Part shown: piece by piece, positions 1-12,600 of the stretch
Layout: every line of letters begins with the position of its first letter
Position numbering within the stretch: position 1 is the stretch's first letter
Assembly: GCA_051294375.1 (NCBI GenBank)
Contig: CM119265.1
Coordinates: 2,827,292 to 2,891,291 of the forward strand
Source of the DNA: Paraspadella gotoi
Lineage: Eukaryota; Animalia; Chaetognatha
Direction: 5' to 3'
Length of the DNA: 64,000 bases
Made by a program: the position numbers and the translations under genes
The notes under the pieces: model-generated
Told to the model about the DNA's origin: nothing
Databases searched by the model: none
The model's input: only the letters and a program-made list of their open reading frames with translations

Positions 1-99
1 TATTTTATTGACTTGATCGATGATTTGATTGATTTATTGATTTATTGATTGATTGATAAAATTTATTGATTAATTGATTTTATTGACTTGATCGATGAT

Positions 100-149
<50 letters not shown>

Positions 150-160
150 TCCTTCCATAG

Positions 161-1420
161 AATCCTCATCGAATTCGCCGAAGCCAATCTTCCTCACAGT
201 CAACTCTCAACTCGCGCGACTCAAACTTTGAGAAGATTTCAAATCGAAGAAACGAGGCGAAGGAAAAACACTCAAAGTATGTTCATTCATTTTATTACTT
301 AAATTATTTAATTTTTTTGTTCATTTATTAATAGTACTTGAAAAATTAAATTTAGTACGTCCAGTTTGTTCATGTAACAAATATCTGTTTCTCTGTTTAA
401 TTGCTGAGACAATTTTAAGTCTTTGTTCTTTTTTTGTCAAGTCTCCATTTGATACTCATTTGCGTAAAATTATTCGTAGAAGCTGTGATATAAAATTACT
501 CTTAAAATTGCATACTTACGACAATTCTTAAGAATTTTCGAAACCAATGAAATAAATCATTAACCTTCATTTCAATAAATAGCGAATAATCGAACTAATT
601 ACAATATTCATTTCTGAGATAGTAAACTTAATTAGTTTTTTAGTAAAGTTATTAACGTGAACAACACCGATATGTTTCCTTTTCGCCGTAGATTCATAAT
701 TCTCCCGCCGCAACCTTTTCTTCATACTTACCTGGCTCAGGGGATTCCTTGATCAACAAGGAGGTTCCCCCGGGGTGAGGCCTTTCCATTGCACTTCGGT
801 TGGGCTGACCCTTGCGATTTCCCCAAATGTGGGAAACTCGGGAGCATAATTTGTGATAGTGGGGTCTGCGTTCGCGCTAACCCCATAACTAATACTGTTA
901 TAGAAAAACTCTTAGCAATGTTCTGCCATTCGCTAAATTACTTGTTTCACTATTTTTAGTTATGGAGTATTTAATTTGGATTTTTCTCGCCATGTGTAAA
1001 TGAGGAATCCAACTCATTGATTTTACTTTATTAATTAATTACTATATTTGTTTATTTGTTTAATCTTGGAAACGCTTGAAATGGATACAACCATTATAGA
1101 ATTATTCATTCATTTAATAAATAAGCAATCTTTTCCCAGACTTAGAACAGGCTGCGTTGAGTTAAGGCTTTACTATCCTAAATCCATCCCTATAAATATG
1201 TTGATCTGATGTTTAACCTAATATTAACCCGTTTAACCTCATCATTACCCAGGTTCGTTAACGGACTCGGGAATCCCCAGCCCCAACAGCGACTGTCCCA
1301 TCACCCCGACGAGTTTCTCGTCCTCTCTTGATGTCACCGATGATTTCTCTCCCGCTACGACTCCCCTCACCCCGACTGGTAAGGTTAATGGGTTAATACA
1401 ATATGGTCAATACCAAATTC

Positions 1421-1457
<37 letters not shown>

Positions 1458-2476
1458 TCCAGGCTACGACGTCTCGTCGACGAGCCACTTGACCGCCTCA
1501 ACGACGACGACTTCGTCTTCTCGTCTTCCTTCAAGTTCAACTTCCTCTTCACTCTCGACTCAGGTGCCTTCGACTCTCTAAGCGAATCTTTGGGGGTTTT
1601 CATTTTTTTAAATTGGCCCTATTTTTCGTAAAAATTAGGTAAAGGGTTAAGGATAGGGATTAGGTTAAGTTAATATTGAGACTTAGGTTAGTTATTTAGT
1701 TAAAGATTTTGGTTAGGGCTAAGGGTTAGATTTTAAGTTGAAGTATTTGGTTAGAGATTAAAGTTAAATATAATTTTTATTATTAAAATCAAGTAAAGAG
1801 ATTCGGAACAGAAAATAGGGCGGTATCGAAAAAAAGAGTGCCATCAAATTTACTAGATTTAATCTATACTTGGTATATATAAGATTAATTAAAAACCAAA
1901 TCGGTTAAAAAATTCTATATTTTTTTTCCAAGTCTCTTGTTCATCCAATTTTATATCATTTTGTAATCATTGCATTTATCTTGTTCAATCTTTGCTTCGT
2001 TCAACTTCATTGCACACATTTCTTCCATCTTTGCTCACCGCCATTGCTTCCTTCTTCTTGCACCTTAAGTCGTTCTCGGTTCTGCATTTGATGATGGATT
2101 TCATCGACGAAGATTTGCGACCAAGATTCGTCGCCCAACAACTCACGGGCATCGACGCGGTAAGATAACAACAACAACAACAACAAAAATAACAACATCA
2201 AAAACTTTCACATAAACCTAAGAGCGATTCGAAAACATAAAGAAAAATTTTTTCAAGACTAAAACCAAAAAAATATTACAAACGATTGTCTTTTCAGTTT
2301 AAATGGCACATCACACAAAATGAGACAATGGGAGAATTGGGTGAACGGAAGAATGTGTCTGTGAGTCCATGTGTACGCGAATCCATGAGTCCGTAGGATC
2401 GTGGGTCCATATTTTGAGGCATAAACGTCATTGGAATGACGTATTGGCTACGAGGGGAAACTCCCGCTTTATGTCT

Positions 2477-2507
<31 letters not shown>

Positions 2508-2510
2508 AAG

Positions 2511-2576
<66 letters not shown>

Positions 2577-2660
2577 AGTCAAAGGAAATACATTATAGAT
2601 TGTGAAGCGAATTGCCAGAAGCAAGGCTGTTGGAAAAAAGAGCAAGGACGGTGACACTTT

Positions 2661-2719
<59 letters not shown>

Positions 2720-3249
2720 TCTATGATGCAGTGTTGAGTAAAAAATGATGAAGCTTCATGAAAAATTCATTTGATTTCTTTTCTAGACACGGCTACTGGA
2801 GTGACTCTATAAATGGCTTTTCGATCTGTCAGTCCGTCTGTACGTCTGTCCATCTCTTTGACCGTTTACATATATTATATTGAAGCTAATACGATTGCGA
2901 GGTAATACGATTGCTAAGTAAAATTTGTTACGAAAAAAGGTTCTCACGTCTGAATCATGTGTTTTTGTAGATCCAATGAGAAAGAGGCAAGGATGAGGAG
3001 GAGGAAGAGGAGGAGGAGTAAGAGGAGAAGGAGGAGGAGGATGAGGAAACGCAGGCGAAATTTTCTCTATTAAAATCATAAACTTAAATCATATGTGAAA
3101 AAAGATGTTCTGGCCTGAATAAATATTAAATAATAAATAAATTATGCCGTGACATTGGTTTAATAGAAGACTGAATGTGGTTTCAAAACAAAAAGCTTTT
3201 TTGTTTTTCATTAAAAACAGAAGAACAACGGCTAATATGGATGGTGAGC

Positions 3250-3292
<43 letters not shown>

Positions 3293-6200
3293 GAACAAAG
3301 GAAACAAAAGAAAAAAGGCGAAACAAAGAGAGGAGCAGAAGAGACAAAAGGTTTCAAAAGGAGAAACGAGAGACAAACCTACGAATTTAATTCTTTTGTC
3401 TTTTCATTTATTTCATTTCCTTCATTTATTTCATTTAGTTCATTTATTTCATTTAGTTCTTTTATTTTATTTATTTCATTTAGTTCATTTAATTTTTTTA
3501 TTTCATTTATTTTATTTATTTCATTTAGTTTATTTATTTTATTTAGTTCATTTATTTAATTTATTTATTAATTTTATTTATTTCATTTAGTTCATTTAAT
3601 TCATTTACTTCATTTCCTTCATTTAGTTCATTTATTTCATTTATTTTATTTGCTTGAGAGTCATCGTATATGCGGTATGAGTACATAGTATTGGTGATTA
3701 ACATCGTTTTATGAGGAAAAATAATATGCGTTTTCCTCATAAAATGATGTTAATCACCAATTTATTTTATTTATTTCATTTATTTCATTTAGTTTATTTA
3801 TTTCATTTAGTTCATTTAGTTCATTTATTTTATTTATTTCATTTCCTTTATTCAATTCATTTATTTCATTTATTTCATTTTTTCTTTTTTTTCATTTCGT
3901 TTATTCTTTCTCCTCCTATGGACCCGAAGCCTCTTTGTCACACTTTGTCACACTTTGTCTCACTTTGTCACACTTTGTCACACTGCTCTGTCATTTTCAG
4001 TTGAGTGGAAACGAGACGCTTTAAGACACCTTTCTATCTGTCGTTCAGTCGGTCAGTCACTTTTTGGACTTTAATTTTTTAAAAAGTAAGTTTTGAAAGA
4101 TAAAAGTGTTACGAAAAAAGGTTTGGTCATCTGAATGACTCACTCGAGTGAAAGGTTTAACCAAAGCAGAAGAAAGAGTGCGAGATAATTTGTTTGAGCT
4201 TGTATAACGGATGGTTCAATAGGCCCTAATATTAAAACAGAACAAGACAGCTAGTTTATTGAATAAATGGATGATTTTTATATTGGTAGTACCGATTTTA
4301 TAAACCAATGGAGTTAACTAGGAATAATTCGCTACTCACTCTTTACATACTATTGAATAATTTAATAATTTGCTAATGAAATAGGTAAACTTAATTTTAT
4401 TTATTGATATATATATATATATTTATTAAGAACTGAGTAGTATCTTTCACTGGCCAGTGGCCACACTCCTCTCCTCTCTTTTCTTTTTCCTCTTTGTTCC
4501 CGTTGGATTCGTTGCTAAGCGACGAAAGTATTTTGTTTTCGGTTTTATGGTTGTGCGGAAAAACAGCAACGTCAACAACAAACAACAACAACAACGACGA
4601 CGACGACAACCCGTTTCCGCCGCATTAAGTTTTTCTTCTCCTTAACTCGAGTTTCGGTCTGTGATTCTGTGATTCGCGAGTGAAAAATCGATCACAGGAG
4701 ACGAAAGATTTAAATTCTAGACGGTGAAGGAAAAAAAAACACAAAAGACAAAACAAAAAGAGAAAACGAGAGGAGAAAACACGATAAAAAAATTGAATAA
4801 AATAGAAAAGACTAATTAATAGACGTGAATCAGTTTAGTAATAATTATGATTGATTTTAAAGTGAGGGTAGTAAATTCTTAATTTATTTTAATTTAACTA
4901 AATTTACCCTAATTTGTTTTTAATTTAAAGTGAGGAAACGAGATATAAGAGACTAATAATACTATTAATAATTACTATTAATTAATAATACTATTAACTG
5001 AATAGTTTAGAAATAATGGAGATTCATTTTAAATTGAGTGTAAATCTTAACTTATTCACTTTTCTATTTCATCAGTATCTTTTCTCTACTTCACTTTCCT
5101 TTTCTTTTTAACTTTCATGAATTCCCTTTTTTTTTATTGCGCGAAGCAACTCTATAAGTCATTTTTCGGTTGGTTTGTCGCTCGGTCGGTAGGTCGGTCT
5201 GTCTGTCCGTCGGTCTGTCACACTTACGTTAAAAATGATCATAATTCGCCTATAGTTGATTGCTCATTTGTTAAGAGAGGAAAAACCTTAAATCTAAGTG
5301 ACTGCTAGCGCCGCCTTCAGGAAATCCTAAAACTATAAAGAATAAAAGATGCACCACGCAAAACGGTCACGTGATGGCAAAGTAATTGCGAGTAAAGTAA
5401 ATGTGATCAAAGGGAAATAAACGTGAAAAGAAAGTCATTGCGGCTTAACACATTGGATGCACCGATCTTGTTATCTTTTTCTTTTCTTTTATTCTCTTTA
5501 TAGTTTTTCTCTCTTCCAAATAACAAATTTTGATTTCTTTGTCTTCACTTTACTTGTTTTCTTAATTGTTCTCTACTTCTTTTCTTTTCTTTTTTTTTTT
5601 TTTTTTTTTTTTTTTTCTTCTTTCTTTTCTTTCTTCTCTTTCTTTCTTTTCTTTTCTTTTCTTTTCTTTTCTTTATTTCCACACTCCGATCACCGCCCCC
5701 CCATTTCGATCTCAGCTCTAAAGTCTTCACCTTCGAACTCAAATAAATATTTTCTTTTTTCCCTCATTTTTTTCTTTCTAAAAAAAAAATATATATATAT
5801 AAATTTATATATATTATATATATATATATATTTCTTTCTATATAATATATATTTCTCGTTGTTGTTGCCGAGTTCTCTTCTCTCGCCACTAGTCATTTTC
5901 CAGTCCATAAATCCGTCTATTTGTCCGTGGATATATATATCGTCCGGTCATTCTGTCCGATCCGTCTGTCCGTGAATCTGTTTTTCTCATGACCGATTCG
6001 CCCGAAATGAGATTGTGCTGACGGAAAAAAAGTCAGAGGCAGAGCCGAAGTCAGACTCGATTATATGAACTGGTTTTAACGAAGTCGCCTTTAAAGAAGG
6101 AAACGGTTTTAACGAAGTCGCCTTTAAAGAAAGCATTACTTAATTGCAAATATTTAATAGCAAATTTTTTCATCGAAAATTTTTAATCATAAATTCTCAA

Positions 6201-6482
6201 TCGCAACTTTTTTATGGTAAAAATTTAATCGCAAGTTCATGATCGCACATCTTCCTTTGCTAATTGCTTATCACAAATATTTTATCGCAAATCTTCAATT
6301 GCAAATTCGTTAATCGCAAATCTTCAATTGCAAATTCGTTAATCGCAAATCTTCAATTGTAAATTCGCAAATCTTCCATTGCGCGGAATCTCATCTCTGG
6401 TTACAATCTTTCTGCTCAAATGCGTTGACGGGTTTCCGCTCTCGGTCTTATTGGCTCTTTTTTTCATCGACAAAATGAAAAT

Positions 6483-6568
<86 letters not shown>

Positions 6569-6641
6569 TACAGGCTGCAGCTGGTGTGAGATGTAATCTC
6601 CATGAAACTTTTTACTCTTTCTTTCTTTTCTCTCTCTCTCT

Positions 6642-6683
<42 letters not shown>

Positions 6684-9600
6684 TCTTCTCTCTTATTCCC
6701 CGTCAAATTCTCATTACCACTCGATTTCCATTCATGACGACCAAAAAACGCGACTGGAATTTTGATATCTTTTCTTTCTTTTACGCCGACGAGAAACTTC
6801 ATTTGAGAAGCGAAATGAAAAGCGGAAAATAATAGGACGAGAAGCGGAAATAGATAAAAGAAATAAAAATACGAGAAGCGGATTCATTAATTCTTTCAAA
6901 TCGTGATGCTCGATTGATACGCGATACAGATAATATGTAATTTAGCAGAGAAAATTTAATACATAATGTTTGTAATTAAAGCAGTGAAGAATTAAAAATA
7001 TAAAAATATAAAAATGTAAAATGACAAGTGACAAATAAAAGATAACAAATGAAAAAGGACCGATGTCAAATGACAAATGAAAGATGAAAAATTTCTAATG
7101 AAAGATGATAAATTGCAAATGACAAATGAAAAATGAAAAATGACAAATTAAATATAACAAATAGGAAATGACAAAAAGCAAATGACAACTGAAAGATGAA
7201 AAATGACAAACAAAAATTGACAAATTACAAATTACAAATGACAAAAGACAAAATAAAAATCACAATGACATATGACAAATGACTTTTCAACGACCAATAA
7301 TCATCACATCTTCCACCGACCTCCATCCATCCTCCCCTTTCCTCTCTCCACCCCTTTTCCTCAATTGCACCCCACCCCCTACTCCCTCCTCAGGAATTGC
7401 TCCGCAAGGTGGTGCCCCATCACTGCCTGGGTTCGGTGTGGTCTCGACGAGGTCGTCGCCCGGGATGCGAGGCGCCGACGATCAAAGCCACAGTCGACCA
7501 GTCCAACCTCGTCTACTACAGGGTCATTGCCACAGTGCTCAAGAATCCGCAGCTCAGGTCAGTCCACTTGGAATAGGGTCATTGCAACAGTGTTTCATAA
7601 TGCCCTACTAACGAGAACACAAGCTGTGTATTTTTCCGTGGGTCTGCAAGAATTAAAACGGATATTTTCATGGAATTTAATGTGTCAAGACTTGCTTTGA
7701 AAATAAACTTTAATTTTTAATCAATTTTAACCATGTAAACTCATATATCTAATTATGCTATATTATCATATTACATATATTTAAAATACTTCTAACCAAT
7801 CTGAAATTATCCCATTCATTCAATAAATAAAGTATCTAGTCTCCTAACTTCAATAATTATAAACTTTTAATTAAGACTTATTCGTTAATTAACATGAATT
7901 TCACATTAAAGATGACACGAATTCACAACCTGCCATTCACAGAGCCGCGGATCGATCGGCGGTGGTGATGAAATGGATCGAAGTCGCCGAGGAATTACGT
8001 CTTCTCAAAAACTTTTCATCCCTGAAGGAAATCCTCTTCGGGTTGGCCTCCACTCCCGTGAGGAGGTTGAGGGAAGTCTGGAGTCACGTGGACAAGTGAG
8101 TTTTGGGAAGGGGTGAGTTAAGTATTATCTGGAATATTGTTATGGAAATTGCGTACAACCAATATTAAAAATTATCCATTCATTCAATAAATAAGCATCT
8201 TGCCCCTGACTTTGGAACAGGGCTTTGGGTGGTTTAAGGGCCTCCATCACTCTTACCAGATAATGACATAGCAGGTCCCTGCACAAGTATCATCCTTCAT
8301 AATCGCTTCCCGGGGCGGTACTGGGGGCGGCCCCGCGGGGTGGCTCCGCGGGCGCCCCGAGGGGCAGGCAAATCCTTACCGCCTAGGGGCGGGCCCCCTG
8401 TAGCCTCTTTTTTTGGAGCCCCAAGGGGCCACTCCAGGGGGAATTCCCCCAGGGGCTAGAAAACCTTGCCCCTGGGGCTACCCCAGGGGATGCGATTTTC
8501 CTTGCCCCTGGAACGGCTCTCTCTTCCCCCTATCTTCGTATCCCTCTTCTTCTCTCTCTCTCTCTCCCTCTCTCTCTCTTCTCTTTCTCTCTCTATTTCT
8601 ATTTTCATCTTTCCATTACAATAAAATATAAAATTAAAAATAATATTTTTCACTTCAATTAATCAATCAATGAACCAAATTACTTGCACTAATTACCAAC
8701 TTGCCATAATTTGGTCACCTTGCATAATTTTAGTCATTTGACATAAATGGTCAACTGACATTAAATTGGTCAACTGATATAATTTAATCAACTTTTAGGG
8801 ATTGGTAAAACGTTTATTATTTGTAAACTTTTTCATAATTTGGTATTTTTTTTTATAATTTAGTTAACTTGCTTAATTTGTTAACCTTTCATAATTGGCC
8901 TAACTTTTATAATTTGTAAACTTTAATATTTGGTAAACTTTCATAATTTGGTAAACTTTCATATTTTGGTAAACTTCATAATTATTAATCAATTTGCATT
9001 TAATTAAATTTCAACTCGGCATAATTTGGTCAACTTGCATAATTTGGTCAATTTCATAGATTTATCAATTGGCATAAATTGGTCAACTCGCGTATAAATT
9101 GGTTAATTTGCCCTTAATTTATTCAATAGTTCATAATTTGGTCAACTTAGATAATTTGGACAACTGGATAATTTGGTCAAATTAATTAATTTGGTAACAA
9201 TCAATTAAACAATTAAGCTAATTAATAATTTATCCCAATAGAAATAAAAAAAAAAGTAACTTTTTGTTTTCCATTAAAACTTACTTTCATTTTTCTACCC
9301 CACAAACAATTTTTATCTTAAAAATTTTATAGAATTAAAGAGTAGGATTGGTTTTAATTTTTTAATTCCACTTATAAAAAATAATTAATTAAAAAATATT
9401 TAATTGATTAATTTAATTAATATCAGTTTTTAAGTCCATCCCTATTAGTATTAACTCTAATTATTCGTGATTAAATAGCATGGATTTGGAATAAAATTTT
9501 GTGTGTGGGTAGAAAGTATTTTTGTGATTGAGCTAGATATTTAAAGTTTTCCACTCTCTCTTCTCAAATTCGTCAGCCTCTACTTAACAACGTGAGTTCA

Positions 9601-12600
9601 TCTTAAGCAATCTACAAACTAAACAATATTATTTACAAATCTTTAAATAAATAAAATTATTTACGATGTTAGGAACTCGTTTAATGTTGATGAATAGTTT
9701 TTATTGTTTTTTTGGGACTCCATAATTCACTAAGTAGGTCTGTCGTCACTGCCCATTTATTTGTTTTTGGTGATTTATTTTAATTTTTTTTTAAATATCA
9801 AATTATGAATATTTTTTAAAAATTTATGTCTCTCTATCCAGTCTATCAGTATGTCCATCAACAAAAAAGAAAAAAAAAATTAAAAAAAAAAGATAAAAAA
9901 GACAAAAAAAAGAAGACAAATGACTGATTAGCTTTTTACCTAATTTGTATGGCTACGTCCTAACATTGTTGTTAAAACTTGTTTCTTATATTCTTTTAAC
10001 TTGAAATAAAATAAATTGGAGCTTAAAAAATACAAATATTATAATTTTTAGATAAATATGGAATTAAATGAGTTTAACATATAATTTGAAAATTATGTAT
10101 ATTTAATTCAGTTACATAAAACAAAGTCTTTGAAAGAGAGAGAGAAAAAAAGATCTATTAGAGAGAGAAAAAAGATGAAGAGAGAAAAAAAGAAAGAGTG
10201 ATGAGAAAAAGAGAGAGAGAGAAAAAGAGAGAAGAGAAAAAGAAAAAGGGAGAGAGAAGATGAAGAGTAACAGGACAGGGAAAAATATTTCTCAGATATT
10301 TTAATAACATAGTAGAAAGTATATTTTCTCATCTAAACTTTTTGCTCTCTCTTTAAACTCGCCCCTGGCGGGAGCAGTTTTTGCTTCCCCAAGGGGTTAC
10401 CCCCAGGGGCAGACTTTTTTTTGGCCAGGGGCCCTTAGCATTATGGGCGCCCCCTAATAGACCCAAAAATATTGGCCCCAGGGGAACCCCCCTGGGGGGC
10501 CCCCTGAGGCAATCCAGAGGGGGCGCCCCCCTCAATGACCATTTTTGCTGCTCCCCCTGGAATAGTCTGCCCCCTGGGGCGCCCCTCGAGCCGCCCCGCG
10601 GGGCGGAGGATTTGGGGAGATGACTATCTCTCCCTGCAAGCTTTCAATCAAGACTCATCTCACAGTCTTGTTTATTCCACTCCCTGAGTACCTGGCTTCC
10701 CTATCAATGAAAGTGGAAAATGATTTCAAAGAATGTTTCAATTTGCTATGAAAAGACCACTCCCTTAAGTATTAGATCGGGGAATACTTATGTACTCCCA
10801 CTTAGCATCAAAATACAAGAGCTGAATTTATGAAATTGGTACAACCAATATAAAAATTATCCATTCATTCAATAAATAAGCTATCTTGCCCCTGACTTTG
10901 GACAGGCTTTGGTGGTTTAAGGCCTCCATCACTCTTACAAGATAATGACATAGCAGGTCCCTGCAAGCTTTCAATCAATACTTCTCACAGTCTTGTTTAT
11001 TCACTCCCTGAGTACCTGGCTTCCCTATCAATGAAGTGAAAAATTTCAAAGAATGTTTCAATTGTATGAAAAGACCACTCCCTTAAGTATTAGATCGGGA
11101 ATACTTATTGTACTCCGCACTAGCATCAAAATACAAGGAGCTGAATTTTATGAAATTGGTACAACCAATATAAAATTATCCATTCATTCAATAAATAAGC
11201 TATCTTGCCCCTGACTTTGGACAGGCTTTGGTGGTTTAAGGCCTCCATCACTCTTACAAGATAATGACATAGCAGGTCCCTGCAAGCTTTCAATCAAGAC
11301 TCTCTCACAGTCTTGTTTATTCACTCCCTGAGTACCTGGCTTCCCTATCAATGAAGTGGAAAAATATTTCAAAGAATGTTTCAATGTTATGAAAAGACCA
11401 CTCCCTTAAGTATTAGATCGGGGTTAGTTTCTACAGGGAAATTAATTATCTAAATATAACATTATATTGAGGCGACTTACCACCGGTCTTTCTCTCTAAA
11501 CCCTTCCTCTCTCCTCTTTCTCCGACCGGTGGTAAGTCGCCTCAATATAAAGTATATGAGATTTATTTATAAGTTATCTTGCCCCTGAATTTACAAGATA
11601 ATAACAAAGTCGGACACTACAAGCTTCTATTAATCAAGACTCTCTCACAGTCTACTTTATTAAACCCAAGAGCACTTGACCTTCCTATCAATTGATTGAT
11701 ATTTGATATAATTTTTTTTTTCAATTGGATAAAAGGACCACTCACTTATTACCATCTTCCTTCCTTTCTCCTCTTCTTTCTTCTTCCCTTTCCTCCCTCT
11801 CCTTTCCTCCCTTTCCTTTTCTCCCTTTCATTTCCTTCCTTTCATTTCCTTTCCTCCCTTTCCTTTTTCCCTTTCCTTTCCTCTATTTCCTTTCCTCTAT
11901 TTCCATTCCTCTATTTCCCTTCCTCCCTTTCCTCCCTTTACTCTTCTCCCTTTCCTTTCCTCCATTTCCATTCCTCTATTTCCTTTCCTCTATTTCCCTT
12001 TCCTTTCTCCCTTTCATTTCCTCCCTTTTCTTTCTCCCTTTCCTTTCCTCCATTTACTTTCTCCCTTTCCTTTCCTCCCCATCTCACATCCCTCACCCCC
12101 CTCCACTTCCAGAGACGCACAGTCCTCCTTCGACGAGCTCCTCCAACTTTTCTCCGACGAGAATAACGCCGCCATCTTGCGGGAAGTCATGATGCGAGAG
12201 GCGGCGGGGAAGACCGCCGACCCCGGCGCGATGGCGGGAAAAGATGGGCGGGGGAAGAAGTCCTCTCTCATGAGGAGGAGGAGCCAACACTTTGATCAGG
12301 TGGGGAGGGGGAANNNNNNNNNNNNNNNNNNNNNNNNNNNNNNNNNNNNNNNNNNNNNNNNNNNNNNNNNNNNNNNNNNNNNNNNNNNNNNNNNNNNNNN
12401 NNNNNNNNNNNNNNNNNNNNNNNNNNNNNNNNNNNNNNNNNNNNNNNNNNNNNNNNNNNNNNNNNNNNNNNNNNNNNNNNNNNNNNNNNNNNNNNNNNNN
12501 NNNNNNNNNNNNNNNNNNNNNNNNNNNNNNNNNNNNNNNNNNNNNNNNNNNNNNNNNNNNNNNNNNNNNNNNNNNNNNNNNNNNNNNNNNNNNNNNNNNN

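Larger units (their letters stand above)
8146..11422 (-). repeat. Family A tandem array, ~319-bp monomer, ~2.8 copies; first copy split by a 2.35-kb insertion
   Basis: AAATTG(G)TACAACCAATAT recurs at ~8146, 10833 and 11153; a degenerate further piece lies at 11575-11742. Confidence 0.9.

Noticed and set aside
2369-6832. ER/SL/F-rich short ORFs
   Set aside because: Products of (GA)n/(CT)n and poly-T microsatellites.
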